DNA from: Centroscyllium fabricii
Taxonomy: Eukaryota
Assembly: GCA_051313645.2 (NCBI GenBank)
Contig: JBNRSN020000025.1
Span: forward strand, 69,688,001-69,752,000
Length of the DNA stretch: 64,000 bases
Reading direction: 5' to 3'
Positions within the stretch are counted from its first letter, which is position 1; each line of letters opens with the position of its first letter. The translations under genes and the position numbers were made by a program. The notes beneath the pieces were generated by a model that was given only the letters and a program-made list of their open reading frames with translations, did no database searches and was not told the origin of the DNA. This document shows positions 1-11,814 of this stretch, piece after piece.

Positions 1-448
1 AAACCCGTGAAAAGTAAACCAATATTCCAACAATTCCCATCACAAAGCAGCTGAAGCACAAATGCTGGTTAATCTCCCAAACTTGACACACAACTCCCTT
101 TCACACCAAACAATTGTATAATGAATTCGATAAGCAACCTGTACACATTGCCTCTGCAGCAATTCTGTTTGGGGCATAGCTGATAGCACGCAAATCAGCA
201 TTTGGAAAACAGCACAATACACCAGGTAAACAAATCAGTATACAAACTCCAGAACCATATTTTGTTAAAATACATACACACATCCAACAATTTTTCACTC
301 CAAATTCACTTTCTTAGTCCATTCCATAATTTCTCCTTCAGGTTGCCTGCCAGCACTTGTTAGTCAGCCGGGCAGTGGAGTCCGAGTTAGGAACCGCCCC
401 ACCAGCTCCAACATTGGCAAAAGTATGACTGGAGTGCGTTGTCTAAAG

Positions 449-853
449 CAGCGGTCCCCAACCTTTTTTGTGCCGCGGACCATTTTGAGCTAGCCAATTT
501 TTTCACGGACCGGGTGGGTGCTGGCAGGATTTTTTTCACTGAGCAGGGGGGGGGGGGGGGTGCCGGGGGGGTTTTTTTGACGGACCGGGGGGGGGGGGGG
601 GGTGCTGGCGAGGGTTTTTTTGACGGACCGGGGGTGGGGGGGGTGCTGGCGAGGTTTTTTTTTTGACAGACGGGGGGGGGGGGGGGGGGGTGCTGGTGGG
701 GGTTTTTCACGGACCTGGGGGGGGGGGGGGGGAGGTGCTGGCGGGTGTTTTTTCGCGGACCGGGGGGGGGGAACATTCCTTCTGCGGCTGCAGCCTGGTA
801 AAAATGTTCCACGGCCCGGTACCTGGTCGCGGCCCGGCGGTTGGGGACCCCTG
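449..853. mobile_element. hAT/Charlie (MER1-like) non-autonomous DNA transposon with internal poly-G tandem units
   Basis: TIRs CAGCGGTCCCCAACC...GGTTGGGGACCCCTG. Near-identical 8-bp flanks gtctaaag (441-448) and gtctaaaa (854-861). Interior repeats ttttt(c/g)acggacc-G(n)-tgctggc. Confidence 0.8.
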
Positions 854-954
854 GTCTAAAATAATCACCAATCCCAAGCATCTTGCACAAAGGCAAAAGC
901 CTTTCCAGTATCCAGTAGCTAAGAGGCAATGCATGATTGGACAGCATAGTGATT

Positions 955-1339
955 TACACAGAAACAAAGATAGGAGCAGGAGTAGGCCATTCGGCCCTGC
1001 GAGCCTGCTCCGCCATTTTGATGAGATCATGGCTGATCATCCAAACCCAGCACCACCGCTGCCACCCCCCCCCCCCCACCATCCCCCGACACCCCCAACT
1101 CCAAGAACTATGTCTCACACACATACTCATGGGCAATTTTTAGTATCTCCAATTCCAATTCACCTAACCTGCATGCCTTTGGGTGGTGGGAGGAAACCGG
1201 AGTACCCGGAGGAAACCCACACGAACACGGGAAGAACATGCAAACTCCACGCAGAGCAGTCCCAGGCCAAGCAGGATTCGAACCCAGGAGCTCCTTATTG
1301 CGAGGCAGCAGTGCTAACCACTGCGCCACCATGTCGTCC
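955..1339 (-). mobile_element. tRNA-derived V-SINE (HE1-like)
   Basis: Reverse strand has a tRNA-like head (tggcgcagtggttagc...gggttcgaatcc), the V-domain gtggagtttgcatgtt...ggtttcctccgggtactccggtttcctcccac, and a CR1-like 3' tail (gccgaatggcctactcctgctcctat). Confidence 0.85.
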
Positions 1340-1646
1340 TTCATTTACATTCTCTCACCTTTGTCTAGTTATGTTTCTAACAATTCACAAAACAATCAAA
1401 TCCTACACCAGATTACAAATACTCAAATTCTATCCATTTTAAAACTTCTGTTCAAATTGAAATTACCCTTTAGTTACGGTTTATTAAGCGTTAGATCTGT
1501 ATAATCTCATCTGCTACAATCATTCACACCTCTCATACAGTTTACTGTTAGTCTTCTAAATTAAGGCAAGGAAAAACAGCAGGTTGCTTTGCTCTTGTTT
1601 ATATTGTATTTGATAGTCAAAGTTCCCACATAGTGCGAATCTGTTA

Positions 1647-2065
1647 CAGGTTGGGTACCATTAATCCGGCACCCGAGAAACCGGCAGCTTCAGACGCCCG
1701 GCAATGATTCCGACTGCCCTGCGCATGCGCAAAATGGCCACCACGCGTGGCTGCGCATGCCCGGGCCTCCCCAACTGGACTGCGCATGCGCAACATGGCC
1801 ACCGCGCTTGGCTACGCATGCCCGGGCCTCCCCGAACGACTGATGCTTCGGCGAGCGCATAGCATTCAAAATTTAGCAATGGCCATTTTGAATGATCTGT
1901 GCATGCGCCGCCAAACCACGAGCGCATGCGCAGACCATTCAAAATTTTGCGGCGGCCATTTTGAACGGTCTGCATACACGCCGCCGAAGCTTCAATCATT
2001 CGCCATTTTCAAAAATTCGGCACGGTCCTGGCCTCAACCGTGCCGGATTAACGAAGCTCAACCTG
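1647..2065. mobile_element. TA-target MITE, CAGGTTG-TIR family (copy 1)
   Basis: Termini ta|CAGGTTGGGTACCATTAATCCGGCA...TGCCGGATTAACGAAGCTCAACCTG. Multiple GCGCATGCGC and AAAATGGC motifs. Confidence 0.8.
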
Positions 2066-2387
2066 TGCTGGTCCTCAAAGGCTATGAATCAACCACCAGA
2101 CCAGTGTTGGGAAAGTTCACACTTAACAAGAGCTAGCTCAAAGTTCAGTTCAATCATTTTAAAATGAACTAGTTCAAGTTCATAGTTCATAATTTTGAAT
2201 TTTGAACTTAAGTTCGCAGCTCAAAAATGAACTAGTTCAAAGTTCGTTTTTTTTTCCTTTTCTTCTAATGCGCTGCCCCGAGCTATTATTTTTCAATAGA
2301 ACATCCTCAATGCAAATTATGAAGCAGGAGGAACAAATATCCGATATAGAGAACTGTCTGTATGTATATACACAGGCTGAGTATATA

Positions 2388-2755
2388 GGGCGGCACGGTG
2401 GCACAGTGCTTAGCACTGGAGACCCGGGTTCAAATCCAGCCTTGGGTACTATCTGTGTGGAGTTTGCACATTCTCCCCGTGTCTGCGTGGGTTTCCTCCG
2501 GGTGCTCCGGTTTCCTCCCACAGTCCAAAGATGTGCAGGGTTAGGTTGATTGGCCATGATAAACTGACCCTTAGTGTTAGGGGGATTGAATATATGGGAA
2601 TAGGGTGGGATATGTGTCAGTGCAGGCTCGATAGGGATCGAGGGATAATGGGGAGAGGGCAGGGGCGGGTTACAGGGTTTGGATGATCAGCCATGATCTC
2701 ATTGAATGGTGGAGCAGGCTTGAAGGGCTGAATGGCCGACTCCTGCTCCTATCTT
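2388..2755 (+). mobile_element. tRNA-derived V-SINE (HE1-like)
   Basis: ggcggcacggtggcacagtg head, V-domain and CR1-like tail. Near-identical to 48498-48893 in reverse. Confidence 0.85.
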
Positions 2756-2767
2756 TCTAAATATGAG

Positions 2768-2967
2768 NNNNNNNNNNNNNNNNNNNNNNNNNNNNNNNNN
2801 NNNNNNNNNNNNNNNNNNNNNNNNNNNNNNNNNNNNNNNNNNNNNNNNNNNNNNNNNNNNNNNNNNNNNNNNNNNNNNNNNNNNNNNNNNNNNNNNNNNN
2901 NNNNNNNNNNNNNNNNNNNNNNNNNNNNNNNNNNNNNNNNNNNNNNNNNNNNNNNNNNNNNNNNNNN
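2768..2967. other. assembly gap (200 N)
   Basis: Run of N. Confidence 1.
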
Positions 2968-3490
2968 GTACCCAGTAACAAGACTGACATTAACTGCAAG
3001 CAAAGTTTTTAAAAAGGGACAGCGGCAAAGGACCCAAAGTGAATGGTTAATACTGTATTGGAAGAAACATTGCAGAACTTTCGGCAATACAATAGAAACT
3101 ATTTATAACAATGGTTAGAACAGAAGGTCCCTCACTGTGAAGTTGCAGGCAGGTACAAACTATCCCTCGTGTATCAGGGGAGGGGGGGGGAAATTCAGAT
3201 CAGTGATGTTGATCACGAGCCAGCATTCATTCCATTGGGCAACTGCACTGCTGATTCCTGCATTGCTGATTGCAGTTTACCCTCAACCCCAGCATCATCT
3301 TATACAAGAGGATACCTCCACTCTGCGATTCAAAATGCCATATTCACTTTTACAACATAATTAGAAAATTCCATCTGTGAACATGTACAACAGTGCACAC
3401 ACAGACAGAACTGAACTCATGTGATGCAAGACTGGACATTCATTTTCTTTTACTGGACTCCACCAGATCTCTAGTGGTTGCAGTACAGTA

Positions 3491-3840
3491 CAGGTCCACA
3501 ATCCCTTATCCGAAACCCTTGGGGCCAGATGTGTTTCAGAATTCGTAAATTTTCGGATTTCAGAACGGTAGGGGTATCTGCAGCTCTTTTTGACATTTTC
3601 AGTGAAATTAAACTCAAAATCACAAAAACAACCAAAAATATCAAGAGAGCGCCAGAAGCACGTGTGACTGGTAGCAGCGCTGAGACACAACTGAAGCCTC
3701 ACACCTGCGTGGGTCGAGCGTCGGCCGGGTCATGTTTGACGCAACTCGGGTCATGTGGTGCACGAGTGACGCTCCACGAAAAAACTCAGTTTTCAGAGCT
3801 TTTCAAATTTCGGAATTGCAGATAAGGGGTTGTGGACCTG
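3491..3840. mobile_element. Tigger4/MER46-like (pogo) MITE
   Basis: ta|CAGGTCCACAATCCCTTATCCGAAA...TTGCAGATAAGGGGTTGTGGACCTG|ta. TIR and TA duplication typical of Tigger elements. Confidence 0.75.
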
Positions 3841-5747
3841 TACTTATCGCAGTTTACCGCACAGAAGGCTCTTCAACACATCCTGTCTTTGCCGGCTCTT
3901 TATTAGAGCAATCCAAAACTAATTTCATTGCCTTGCTCTCTTCCCCAGAGCCCTTAAAAGATGATTCAGCTACTCCCTGTGGCAAAGCATTCCGTGCCTC
4001 ACACTCAGTAGAAAATGTTAAATTGCTGACGTCTCACCACTGACTCCTAGTCTTTCCCTAGTCACCCTATCAAAATCCTTCATACTTGCAAAACATCTTT
4101 TTTTATCTCCTTAGTCTTCTCTGCCCCAGTAAAATTAGTCCATGGAACTCAAGACTCTCCTCGGATCTGGTTTCTCATCCCTGGTATCATTCTGGTTATC
4201 TATTCTGTATGCTCCCTATAGCTTTAATGCCCTTTCTATTATGGGGTGTCTACCTTTGCACATAGTACTCGAACTGTGACCAAAGCATAGACTTGTACAA
4301 ATTTATTATAATCTGTTCATTCTTGTACTCTGTCCCCTTATTTATAAAACCCAACATGTCATTGGCCTTTTTATAGTTTTATCTACCTAGATTTGCAAGG
4401 AATTACATATTTAGATCTCGATGTCTCTGTTCCCTCACAGCTTTCAGCACATTTCCATTCAGTTTATGTTCCAATTTCTTGTTTTTCCTGCTAAAGTGCA
4501 TCACCTCTCATGCATCTTTAAACACTCATTAATTATGGATTCTAAGAGTTATAGTGGGGTCTTTGCAATTTGATCAAACATGGCCATGATGTCTTCCATG
4601 TCTTGTAATACACTTTTCCCATCATTTTAGTCCAATTCAAAACTTTGTGCATAAATATACTACTTTACTAATGATTTTAATCCTTCATCTCACATTTCTA
4701 CAAAATGTTCATCTCTTCTGATAAGTGAAGCTTTGTGATTGTAAACCAGTAACTAGGTCAGCATGGTTCCCAGGTTGGGAGCATTACCGTGAATACACAA
4801 ATCATTGTGATGGACTGTACCACAAAGAGCAGTAGTTTCCTACACACGCTACTAATCTGGTCTAGTCGAGCGCTGAAGCTGGTTAAATTATTCATCTGAC
4901 ATTAAAAACAAAGTCACATAGATCATTTTATAAAGCCTCGCTTACCTAAAAACCAAAGATTAACCAAAAACCATCATGAGGCAGAAGGCTCGGTTTGAAA
5001 TGAACGTGGACATTAAGGTTTACTCATATTTCTCAGAACCTCTTGCCAACTTTCATCCCTGAAGGCACCGACACTTTGCCAGGGAATGATTCCATTGGTG
5101 GCAATTGCCCTTTGGTATCTCACCCAAGCAATCATTATTTATGTATGAACGTGGACAGTGAGTATCGGCAGGCAATTTGGTCATAAGGGATGTCATAACT
5201 TAGCCCAATCCTGTCCTCAACCAAAATCCACACACGTGCACTTTCAGGAGGGATGACTGCAGTGATCAGAGCAGAAACCATTGCCCATTTCCTCCTCCCT
5301 AACCCATGGATTTTGAGGCCAATTTTGGGTACTATTCTCTTGGGTACAATCAGGACGGACCAAGGATTGAACCTGGAACCTTTGTGGTCTACATGGCTCC
5401 ATTAAACACTAGATTATGCTATTGGGGGAGCCTTCAAAGATTAATGAAAATAATTCCCTCCCCCGGCCTCAGAAATCAGATTTCAGTATCAGTCGAGTTA
5501 TATCCATCCCTCTGTCTATTTTTGCTTTCTGTAGTAATGGAAAAAAAAAATCAATACATGAATGATAATACAAAGATCAATATAACTGGATAACCAGGTT
5601 AATAACTTAATTCACCAAATTTTATTGGGGTTTGAATGTTAGCTATAGCAAAACTAAAACTCCCAGATGTTTGTCACTCCACTGGCATAATATGCAAGCA
5701 CAAAAGCTTTAAATACTCTCTCTTTAGTAATATCACAACTGCTAATA

Positions 5748-6568
5748 CAGATTGAGCACCGGTAATCCGGTAACCATTAAGCCGGCAGCTTCAGTTGTCG
5801 GCATAATTTGCCCCGACTGCCCTGCGCATGTGCAAAATGGCCGCCGCAATTGATGCTTCGGCGAATGATCGGCACATGCGTCGCCGAACGGCGAGCGCAT
5901 GCGCAGATCATTCAAAACGGTCGCCGGAAGTTTTGAATGATCTGCGCATGCATGGCTCCAAGAAGAGCACGGAAAGGTAAAAGGGGCCGTTGTGTTAAAG
6001 CCGGGCGGAGAGTTTGAAGAATGAGGAGACGGAGCCGCTGGACTGACCGCCTGGGCTTGAAAGGACTCCTCGGGCGCGCCCCTGAGCCCAGTTCTCTTTA
6101 AAGGGGTCGCGCGGCGCTGCCTGGCTTCAAATGTCCCGGGTCCCCGCAATCCCGCCGCAAGCTCTTCACTGCCGGCAAACCGGGCGCAGCCCCGCCACCC
6201 CTTCCCCCCGGGGGCGGCAGCCAGTTTGCTGCTGTACTTTGTGCCGGCTCTCTGTCCCGGGTCTGGACTTTGCACCGATTCCATGGGCTTCGGCCCCGCT
6301 CAGTTAGAAATCTCTGCTCAGAGTCGCGGGGAGAGAGAAAGGAACCAGGCATTTGGTTAAAAAGTGGTGTGCCTCATTTTAATTTTTAAAAAGTACATGA
6401 GTTTCGAATTCTTCAGAACTTCGGCGGCCATTTCTAATGTTATGCGCATGCGCGTGGCCATTTTGAATGGTGCGCGCATGCGCACTGGCCGGCTTCAGCC
6501 TTCTGGTTTTTTCGGTATACCGGCGCAGGTCTAGTGCCACCCGTGCCAGTATAACGGTGCGCAACCTG
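5748..6568. mobile_element. TA-target MITE, CAGGTTG-TIR family (copy 2) with unique GC-rich cargo
   Basis: ta|CAGATTGAGCACCGGTAATCCGG...ATAACGGTGCGCAACCTG|ta. Arms resemble the other copies. Centre ~5960-6400 is not shared with them. Confidence 0.75.
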
Positions 6569-6729
6569 TACTCAAATAGAAAATTGTGAAGACAATTGGG
6601 AAACTTTCATCAAACCTAGAAAAAACGTGCCATATTTCTTGGTTATTTTCATGACGTTACACACGTTAAAAAAAATTTTTTCATAAAGAACTGATAGTAT
6701 ACAGACAGTCTTATTCAATGCAAACCTAC

Positions 6730-7478
6730 CATACACAATCTCTGGGGGGGTTTTGGAGTTTAATTGTTGTGATTCATTTTCCTCTACCTCTTTCTCCTCC
6801 ACTTCAGCAGATTCCTTGCTTTCCACATCTTGATCTTTGTCATCACTAACAGGAGCTTCCTCACTGTCCTCTTCCTCTGCTGGGACTTCCAGGCTGGTGC
6901 AAACAGCAACAGGGGAAGGTGGCATCTCCACCGTTGCTTCTGTCCGAAGCATATCTGCAATCTCCACATTAGCAGATAATGGAGGAAGGTCTTGTGATAC
7001 ACTTTCTAAGGTGCTTTGTGTTTCTTCCTGTCCTACAATGCCATTTATATCTTTAATTGTATTAACAGTAGCAGGCACTGTGATTTCATCAGCTGGAGTA
7101 ACAATCACTTCTACAGGTAGATCTTCACTGGCCTGCTCTTCTTGTTTATCATCTTCCACCTCCGTATGCAAACATAAGTTAGGTGCAGGGTTCTGCTCTT
7201 CTTTGGGAATGGATGGCCCAGACTCCTCAGCAGAATCCAAAGCTGGGAAAACAGAAACTACCAGTGAGTTGCTAGAAGCAGGTTCCGCCGTTGCCGCCTC
7301 TTCCCTTCCTCCTCCTTCTCCTCTGCCTCCTCCTCCTCCTCTTCTTCTTCCTCCACTTGTAAAGGGACAGGATCAGGATCAGGAGGTTCTCCGTCAATCT
7401 CTTTCTTTTCTATAACAGTTTCCGATCTGATGTCCGGTGAAGCACTTTTCACCACTGGTTCCTGCTTTGGTTTCTCTT
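6730..7478 (-). CDS. EIF4G3: EIF4G3 large acidic exon (EEKPKQEPVVKSASP...LNSKTPPEIVY) with an apparent 1-nt frameshift near 7303
   Basis: Acceptor tttttgctctcacag|AA and donor TATG|gtaggt. Ends match human eIF4G3 EEKPKPDPVLKSPSP and SQNLNS. Length 749 nt; 750 is needed for phase 1-1. Split across ORFs 7258..7521 and 6572..7240. Confidence 0.88.
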
Positions 7479-7977
7479 CTGTGAGAGCAAAAAGGAAGCG
7501 CATTTTAGTATCTATACCCATTGTTTACAAAAATCAATAGTTTATGCAATTATATATTTAATCCTTATTGTAAACAAAATATAAGCTAGTTACATTGTAA
7601 CGCAAAATACTTGACAGTTATTACAGGCCACTCACTGGAAACCTCTCCAGGAACATAACACAGAAATATAGCAATGGAGGGAGTAAAAACCATTCAGCTC
7701 CCCAGGTCTCAGTTGCTGATCCTGATCAGACCATAGAAATATTTTGGTTTCTAAAATTGAAGTTCAATTAATAACTTTGCTCTTATCGCAGTCTGAACCA
7801 CTGACATATTTATTGTGATGCCAACTAGGAAAATGCACAATTATTGTTTTGGCTAGTTTAATGAATTAAATTAATTTAATACAATAAAAAACACCTTTTA
7901 AATGAAATAAAGCTTTCCACATTCACTTTTAAGACTACATGCTCATCTTTAAAGTACCAAACAGTGCTAGAATGTAA

Positions 7978-8154
7978 AATAACACAACAGAAAATGCTGG
8001 AACAACTCAGCAGGCCAGGCCGCATCCGTGGAGAGAGAAACTGAGTTAACGTTTCGGGTTCTGGACCCTTGAACCCGAAACGTTAACTCAGTTTTTCTCT
8101 CCACGGATGCGGCCTGGCCTGCTGAGTTGTTCCAGCATTTTCTGTTGTGTTATT
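7978..8154. repeat. Near-perfect inverted repeat (84-bp arms, 9-nt loop), probably Penelope-like-element derived
   Basis: 7978-8061 is the reverse complement of 8071-8154 with one mismatch. A related fragment lies at 29452-29542. Confidence 0.85.
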
Positions 8155-8479
8155 CAGATTTCCAGCACCCACAGTATTTTGCTATTATATTAGTGCTATA
8201 ATCTATGCAGTTTGTACTCAGATCAGGACCGTGAAAGTGACGGGCTCCGAACACAGGGAATGAAATGAACTGCCCTGTTACCTTCCAAGAATCACTTCTT
8301 GAAAACGACAACCTATATAAGCGAATCCTAAAGACTATTACCCTTGAAGAGTTGCTATAATGGGTTCTCATGTCTCTTCTTTAAGGTACTCCCTCACCTG
8401 AAGCATTGCTAAATAATTCTGGCCAAAGCACAATAAAACAATTATTGATTATGTAGTTTTGTCTAGAACTTTAGATTAG

Positions 8480-11400
8480 CGATGGAAAAGGACAAGGAGC
8501 AATCTAGAGTAAAACGACTTAATTGAGGAGTGCCAATTCAGTGGGTTGAGAACGGATCTGGCCCGGGTAAACTGGAATCAAAGACTGGCAGGCAAACTGT
8601 AATCAAACAATGGCTGCCTTTAAAGAGGAGTTGGTTCGGGTAGAGTCGAGGTACTTTCCCAAGGGGGGGGGGGGGGGGGGGGGGGGAGGGAGGTGGAGCA
8701 ACCAAAGTCAGAGCTCCCTGGATGACAAAAGAGTGAGCAAGATGAAGCAGAAAAAGGGGGGCGTATGACAGATATCAAGTTGAGAATACAAGTGAGAACC
8801 AGGCTGAATATAGAAAGTTCAGAGGGGAGGTGAAAAGGAAATAAGAGGGGCAAAGAGAAAGGATGAGAATAGATTGGCAGCGAACATAAAAGGGAATCCA
8901 AAAGTCTTCTATAGGCATATACATAGTAAACGGGTAGTAAGAGGAGGGGTGGGGCCAATTAGGGATCAAAATGGAGACCTAGGTATGAGGCAGAGGCATG
9001 GCTAAGGTACTAAATGAATACTTTGCCTCTGCCTTTACCAAGTCAGAACGTTCAAGAAGCATTTGGATGAGCACTTGAAATGCCACAGCATACAAGGCTG
9101 CAGACCAAATGCGGGAAAATGGGATTAGTATAGACTGGGATGATGGGCGGCATGGACGCGATGGGCCGAAGTGCCTCTTTCTGTGCTGTATTACTCTATG
9201 ACTCTATGTTGCCCTAAGTCACAGCGAAAGAGGAGGTAGGTGAACTACTGGATGGGCTAATAATTGATAAAAGAGGAGGTTCTAGAAAGGCTGGCTGTAC
9301 TTCAAGTAGATAATTCACCAGGACCGGATGGGATGCATCCTAGGATGTAAAGGTGGAAGCTGCGGAGGTACTGGCCATTATCTTCCAATCCTCCTTAGAT
9401 ACTTGGTGCCAGAGGACTGGAGAATTGCAAATGTTACAGCCTTGTTCAAAAAAGGGTGCAAGGATAAACCCAGAAACTACAGGCCAGTCAGTTTAACCTT
9501 GGTGGTGAGGAAGCTTTTAGAAACGATAATCAGGGACAAATTAACAGTCACTTGGACAAGTGTGGATTAATTAAGGAAAGCTAGCACAGATTTGTTAAAG
9601 GCAAATCGTGTTTAACTAACTTGATTTGAGTTTTTGATGAGGCAACGGAGAAGGTTGATGAAGGCAATGCGGTTGATGTGGTGTTCAAGGACATCCAAAA
9701 GGCATTTAATAAAGTGCCACAGAATAGGCTTGCCAGCAAAGTTGAAACCCATGGAATAAAAGGGACAGTGGCAACATGGATACGAAATTGGCTGAGTGAC
9801 CGGAAACAAGAGAATAGTGGTGAATGGTTGTTTTTCGGACTGAGGAAGGTATACAGTGGTGTTCCCCAGGGCCGGTACGAAGACCACTGCTTTTCTTGAC
9901 ATACATTAATGACTTGGATATACAGGGCACAATTTCAAATTCGCAGATGCCAGAAATCTTGGAAGTATAGTGAACAGTTGAGGAGGATAGTGATTGACTT
10001 CAAGAGGACAGAGACAAGCTGGTGGAATGGGTGGACATGTGGCAGATGAAATTTAATGCAGAAAAGTGTGAAGTTATATATCTTGGTAGGAAGAACGAGA
10101 AGCAATATAAACTAAAGGGTACAATCCTAAAGGGGATGCAGGAACAGAAAGATCTGGGGTATGTGTGTACAAATTGGTTGAAGGTGACAGGGCAGGTTGA
10201 GAAAGCGATTTAAAAAGTTTACGGGAGACTGGGCTTTATAAATAGAGGCATTGAGTACAAAAGCAAGGAAGTTAAAACACTGGTTCAGCCTCAACTGGAC
10301 TATTGTGTCCAATTCTGGGCACTCCATTTTAGGAAGGATGTGAAGGCCTTAAGCCCCGCTTTCACTGAGGCTACGAATATGGCGATCGTCCCGAATCTGA
10401 AATTTGTCTGGTTCGTAGATAATTCTCAAACGTTTCTTGCAGTTCTTAAATGATTCTTAGTTGATTCTTAGTTGATTCGTAAACATTCGTACAGTTCACG
10501 TGAGTTCGTCGATCCGGCACGAATGTTTTTGCTTGTCAAAAACTTTCGTGGGAGGGTGCACGAATTTCAAATTCGTACATGCATCGTAAACACTTCGTGA
10601 ACCTTCTGATCATTAGTAACCGCTTCGTATCGTTCGTACCGCTTCGTAATCGCTTCTTCTGCATTCTGGCCTATTCTTGGGCATTCGTGACTCCCTCAAA
10701 TTCGTGGACCCACGCCGAATACATCACGAAACAGGCACGAATGTCCACGAATCAAGTACGAATCGGTCGTAGTGGATTCGTACAATAATTCGGCACATTC
10801 GTAAGTGAGTCGTACCTTATTCCTTAAATTCTTACCTGATTCTTTGAATTCGTACTTGTTTCTTAAACCATTCTTGACGTTAGCCACGAATCATTCGTAA
10901 CAAATTCGTAACAGCTTCGTACCTCCTCCCGAATCTCCACGAAATTTCTCATTTTTTGCCGAATCTCCACGAATTTCGATTCGGGACGATTCGGCATATT
11001 CGTAGCCTCAGTGAAAAGGGGGCTTAAGAGAGGCTGCAGAAAAGATTAACAAGAATGGTTCCAGGGATGAGGGACTTCAGTTACGTGGATAGACTGGAGA
11101 AGCTGGGGTTGTTCTCCTTAGAGCAGAGAAGGTTGAGAGAAGATGTGATAGAGGTGGTCAAAATTATGAGGGGTCTGGACAGAGTAGATCGAGAGAAACT
11201 GTTCCCAATGGCGGAAGGAGTGAGAAACAGAGGACACAGTTTTAAGGTGATTGGCAAAAGAACCAAAGGCGACGTGAGGAAAAACCTTTTTACACAGCGA
11301 GTGGTTAGGATCTGGAATGCACTGCCCGAGAGGGTGGCGGAGGCAGATTCAATCTCAGCTTTCAAAAGGGGAATTGGATAAACACCTGAAGGAAAAAAAA

Positions 11401-11495
11401 TTGCAGGGCTACGGGGAAAGGGCAGGGGATGGGACTAGCTGAAGTGCTCTGGCACAGGCTCGAGGAGCCTCCCTCTGTGCTGTAATCATTCTATA
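8480..11495 (+). mobile_element. Degraded CR1 LINE ORF2 and 3' end, interrupted by a nested CR1 3' fragment (~9045-9207) and a MITE (10352-11024)
   Basis: RT fragments VPEDWRIANVTALFKKG..NYRPVSLT, DIQKAFNKVP, WQMKFNAEKC, LEKLGLFSLEQRRLR. Many frameshifts. Confidence 0.9.
10352..11024. mobile_element. PIF/Harbinger-like MITE nested in CR1
   Basis: ~46-bp TIRs AGCCCCGCTTTCACTGAGGCTACGAATATG...CATATTCGTAGCCTCAGTGAAAAGGGGGCT, flanked by TTA/TAA. Removing the element and one triplet restores the CR1 frame AAG GCC TTA GAG AGG. Confidence 0.75.
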
Positions 11496-11814
11496 TGATA
11501 AAGCACTGCAGCCTTTGAGTTACAGATGGTACCCAAAGCCCGAGTTACTCTTTACAATCTGAGGTATAATTTTCAGAATCCTTGAGGAATTTTTTAATAC
11601 TGCATTCAAAAGTAAGTATTTGCACACTGTGACACACACTGAGAATGACACTATGTTTGGTATGGTATTTCACAGCAGCGAGTTCAGATCCAGTGGAAGC
11701 TGCACGATTGAATAAGCTGACACTTAAGCAAACAGCCTTGGACACATTTCAATGCAATATTGCTAATTTTCTACAGCCTTACAGTTTTATCAAAAAATTT
11801 AGTCTCGGAGCGGC

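Noticed and set aside
6837-7415. 192-aa Ser-rich ORF on the + strand
   Set aside because: Antisense shadow of the Glu-rich EIF4G3 exon.
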